In this document: positions 62,769-64,000 of the stretch, one piece after another
Position numbering within the stretch: position 1 is the stretch's first letter
Layout: each line of letters begins with the position of its first letter
Source: Dehalococcoidia bacterium
GTDB taxonomy: Bacteria > Chloroflexota > Dehalococcoidia > Lucifugimonadales > UBA3495
Assembly (NCBI GenBank): GCA_965204805.1
Contig: OZ242013.1
Span: 3,059,598 to 3,123,597, forward strand
Direction of reading: 5' to 3'
DNA length: 64,000 nucleotides
The notes under the pieces: generated by a model
Databases searched by the model: none
What the model saw: the letters and a program-made list of their open reading frames with translations, nothing else
What the model was told of the DNA's origin: nothing
Translations under genes and position numbers: made by a program

Positions 62769-62780
62769 ATAGTTCTGGGA

Positions 62781-63260
62781 TTAGCTGCCCTCGACGGCCG
62801 CCGGGCCCTCGGCGACCTTGACGTCGAACTGCTTGGCCCGCTTGGCCTCGGCCTTGGGCAGGGTGACGGTCAGGACGCCGTGCTCGTAGCGGGGTTCGGC
62901 CTTGTCCTGGTCCACAGTGTCAGGCAGGCGCAGGGAGCGGTGGAACGAGCCGCTGCGCCGCTCCCGCATCAGGTAGTTGCCCTCGCTGGTCTCGAAGTGG
63001 GACGCCGTCTTGCCCCGGATGGTGAGGACCTTGTCCTCGATGGACACCTGGATGTTCTCCGGGGCCACGCCGGGCATGGAAGCGCGGACGACGAAGTCGT
63101 CACCGTGGGCCACCACGTCCAGCGGGGCGGCCCAGGCTTCGAAGCCGTTGCTGTCGTCGTGGTTGAAGGAGCCGAAACGTCTCCACATACGGTCCATGTT
63201 CTCCTGCATCTGACGGAGTTCGCCGAAGGGGCTGAAATGGTTTCTTCGCTGCAACATCAT
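62781..63260 (-). CDS. Hsp20/alpha-crystallin small heat-shock protein
   Basis: ATG at 63260, 8 nt after AGGAG. AAPLDVVAHGDDFVVRASMPGVAPENIQVSIEDKVLTIRG...FHRSLRLP...GVLTVTLPK. Confidence 0.9.
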   Translation of the reverse strand: MMLQRRNHFSPFGELRQMQENMDRMWRRFGSFNHDDSNGFEAWAAPLDVVAHGDDFVVRASMPGVAPENIQVSIEDKVLTIRGKTASHFETSEGNYLMRERRSGSFHRSLRLPDTVDQDKAEPRYEHGVLTVTLPKAEAKRAKQFDVKVAEGPAAVEGS

Positions 63261-63305
63261 TAGATACACTCCTATTGACTTGCTTTGGTGGCTGATGCGA
63301 GGGCT

Positions 63306-63343
63306 TTCACCCCCACCCTAACCCTCCCCCTCAAGGGGGAGGG
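63306..63343 (+). repeat. REP-A copy (consensus)
   Basis: ttcacccccaccctaaccctccccctcaagggggaggg, between the 66-aa ORF and hsp20. Confidence 0.9.
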
Positions 63344-63358
63344 AAATGGTTCTTCTTC

Positions 63359-63559
63359 CTAGAAGTAGTAGCGCACGCCGGGGCTGGGCACGCGGTAGGC
63401 CAGCTCGGGCTGCCGGACACGCACCGGGACGAGTTCCCGTTCAGCGGCCTCTTCCAGAATCTGGGAAACCTGCTGGGCGACCTTGGCGCTCATCTCCTGA
63501 GCGCCGGTTTCTTCCGCTGCCGCGGTCCTGTTGCTCAATTCTGTCGTTGTCATCTCCAT
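63359..63559 (-). CDS. small acidic protein, first gene of the hsp20 transcription unit (hypothetical)
   Basis: 66 aa. Strong SD (AGGAGGAACG-ATG). Lies directly downstream of a good promoter. Confidence 0.5.
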   Translation of the reverse strand: MEMTTTELSNRTAAAEETGAQEMSAKVAQQVSQILEEAAERELVPVRVRQPELAYRVPSPGVRYYF

Positions 63560-63583
63560 CGTTCCTCCTGGCTGTATGAGAAG

Positions 63584-63612
63584 ACTATATCAGTTGATAT
63601 AAGTCATGTCAA
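63584..63612 (-). promoter_or_regulatory. promoter of the small-ORF/hsp20 unit with a palindromic operator in the spacer
   Basis: Minus strand: TTGACA-17 nt-TATAGT. The spacer and -10 contain TATATCA-AC-TGATATA (63586-63601). Lies in a conspicuously AT-rich island. Confidence 0.5.
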
Positions 63613-63672
63613 GTATATTACTACAAATTATATGTATATGAATTGTAACGACTCAGAGACAATATACTGTAT

Positions 63673-63702
63673 TTGACATATTCCTGCCCTTATAGGTATA
63701 AA
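63673..63702 (+). promoter_or_regulatory. promoter candidate for the HspR/MerR-like gene
   Basis: TTGACA-18 nt-TATAAA. Divergent from the hsp20 promoter. Confidence 0.45.
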
Positions 63703-63740
63703 CAGGTATGCTGGATGCTGTCCGGGAGAGAGGACTGGCA

Positions 63741-64000
63741 ATGGCGATGCAGCAGACACGAGGCATATACCTGATCAGCGTGGTGGCGGATACGCTGGAT
63801 ATGCACCCGCAGACGCTTCGTAAGTACGAGCGGGCCGGGTTCGTGGTCCCGCTGCGAATGGGGGCTCTGCGCACCTACTCGGACGAAGACGTGGCCCGGT
63901 TGCGGCTCATCAAGCACTTCGTTGACGACATGGGCCTGAACCTGTCGGGAGTGCAGCTTGCCCTGCAAATGACCTCGGAGCTTCTGGCCCTGCGCCAGGA
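63741..64000 (+). CDS. hspR: MerR-family heat-shock regulator (HspR-like), 3' end outside window
   Basis: Not in the ORF track (no stop in window). MAMQQTRGIYLISVVADTLDMHPQTLRKYERAGFVVP...RTYSDEDVARLRLIK. ATG 63741 lies 6 nt after AGAGGA; the in-frame ATG 63708 would be leaderless. Confidence 0.8.
   Translation, partial: MAMQQTRGIYLISVVADTLDMHPQTLRKYERAGFVVPLRMGALRTYSDEDVARLRLIKHFVDDMGLNLSGVQLALQMTSELLALRQ

Overview
This is a 64-kb chromosomal segment from a GC-rich bacterium. The gene content suggests Chloroflexota: LLM flavin oxidoreductases, four DinB/MDMPI-superfamily genes, Ni-SOD, and dnaB followed by DnaD-like and DnaI/DnaC-like loader genes. That taxonomy is inference only, because no search was possible. 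About 70 protein genes are dense on both strands. Housekeeping genes include nadA/nadC, miaB, dtd, rplI-dnaB, rpsO-pnp, dapB-asd-dapA, mutS2, purA, ilvD, malic enzyme and sodN. There are two tRNAs (Arg-CCG, Pro-UGG) and no rRNA or CRISPR. Accessory content is AT-richer by eye: MazEF, a DUF433-DUF5615 pair, two paralogous small-protein plus tandem-DUF2283-like cassettes, an Uma2 nuclease, a PaREP1/HEPN-like gene, a Dam-type R-M pair, an orphan motif-permuted MTase beside the tRNAs, and one IS110 transposase. The window is saturated with short hairpin repeats: about 20 REP-A copies plus four other families. Several copies sit in frame inside essential genes. Items most worth follow-up: (1) a Vms1/ANKZF1-type (VLRF1) peptidyl-tRNA hydrolase homolog directly upstream of mutS2, a candidate ribosome quality-control operon; (2) in-frame repeat insertions, three families in mutS2 alone; (3) a covalently duplicated DnaC/DnaI-type loader; (4) the operon-embedded paralogous cassettes; (5) a DUF1800-DUF1501-NHL cluster whose leader has alternative hairpins. 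Several homopolymer-linked frameshifts indicate either assembly indels or pseudogenes. All family assignments come from motif recognition by eye.
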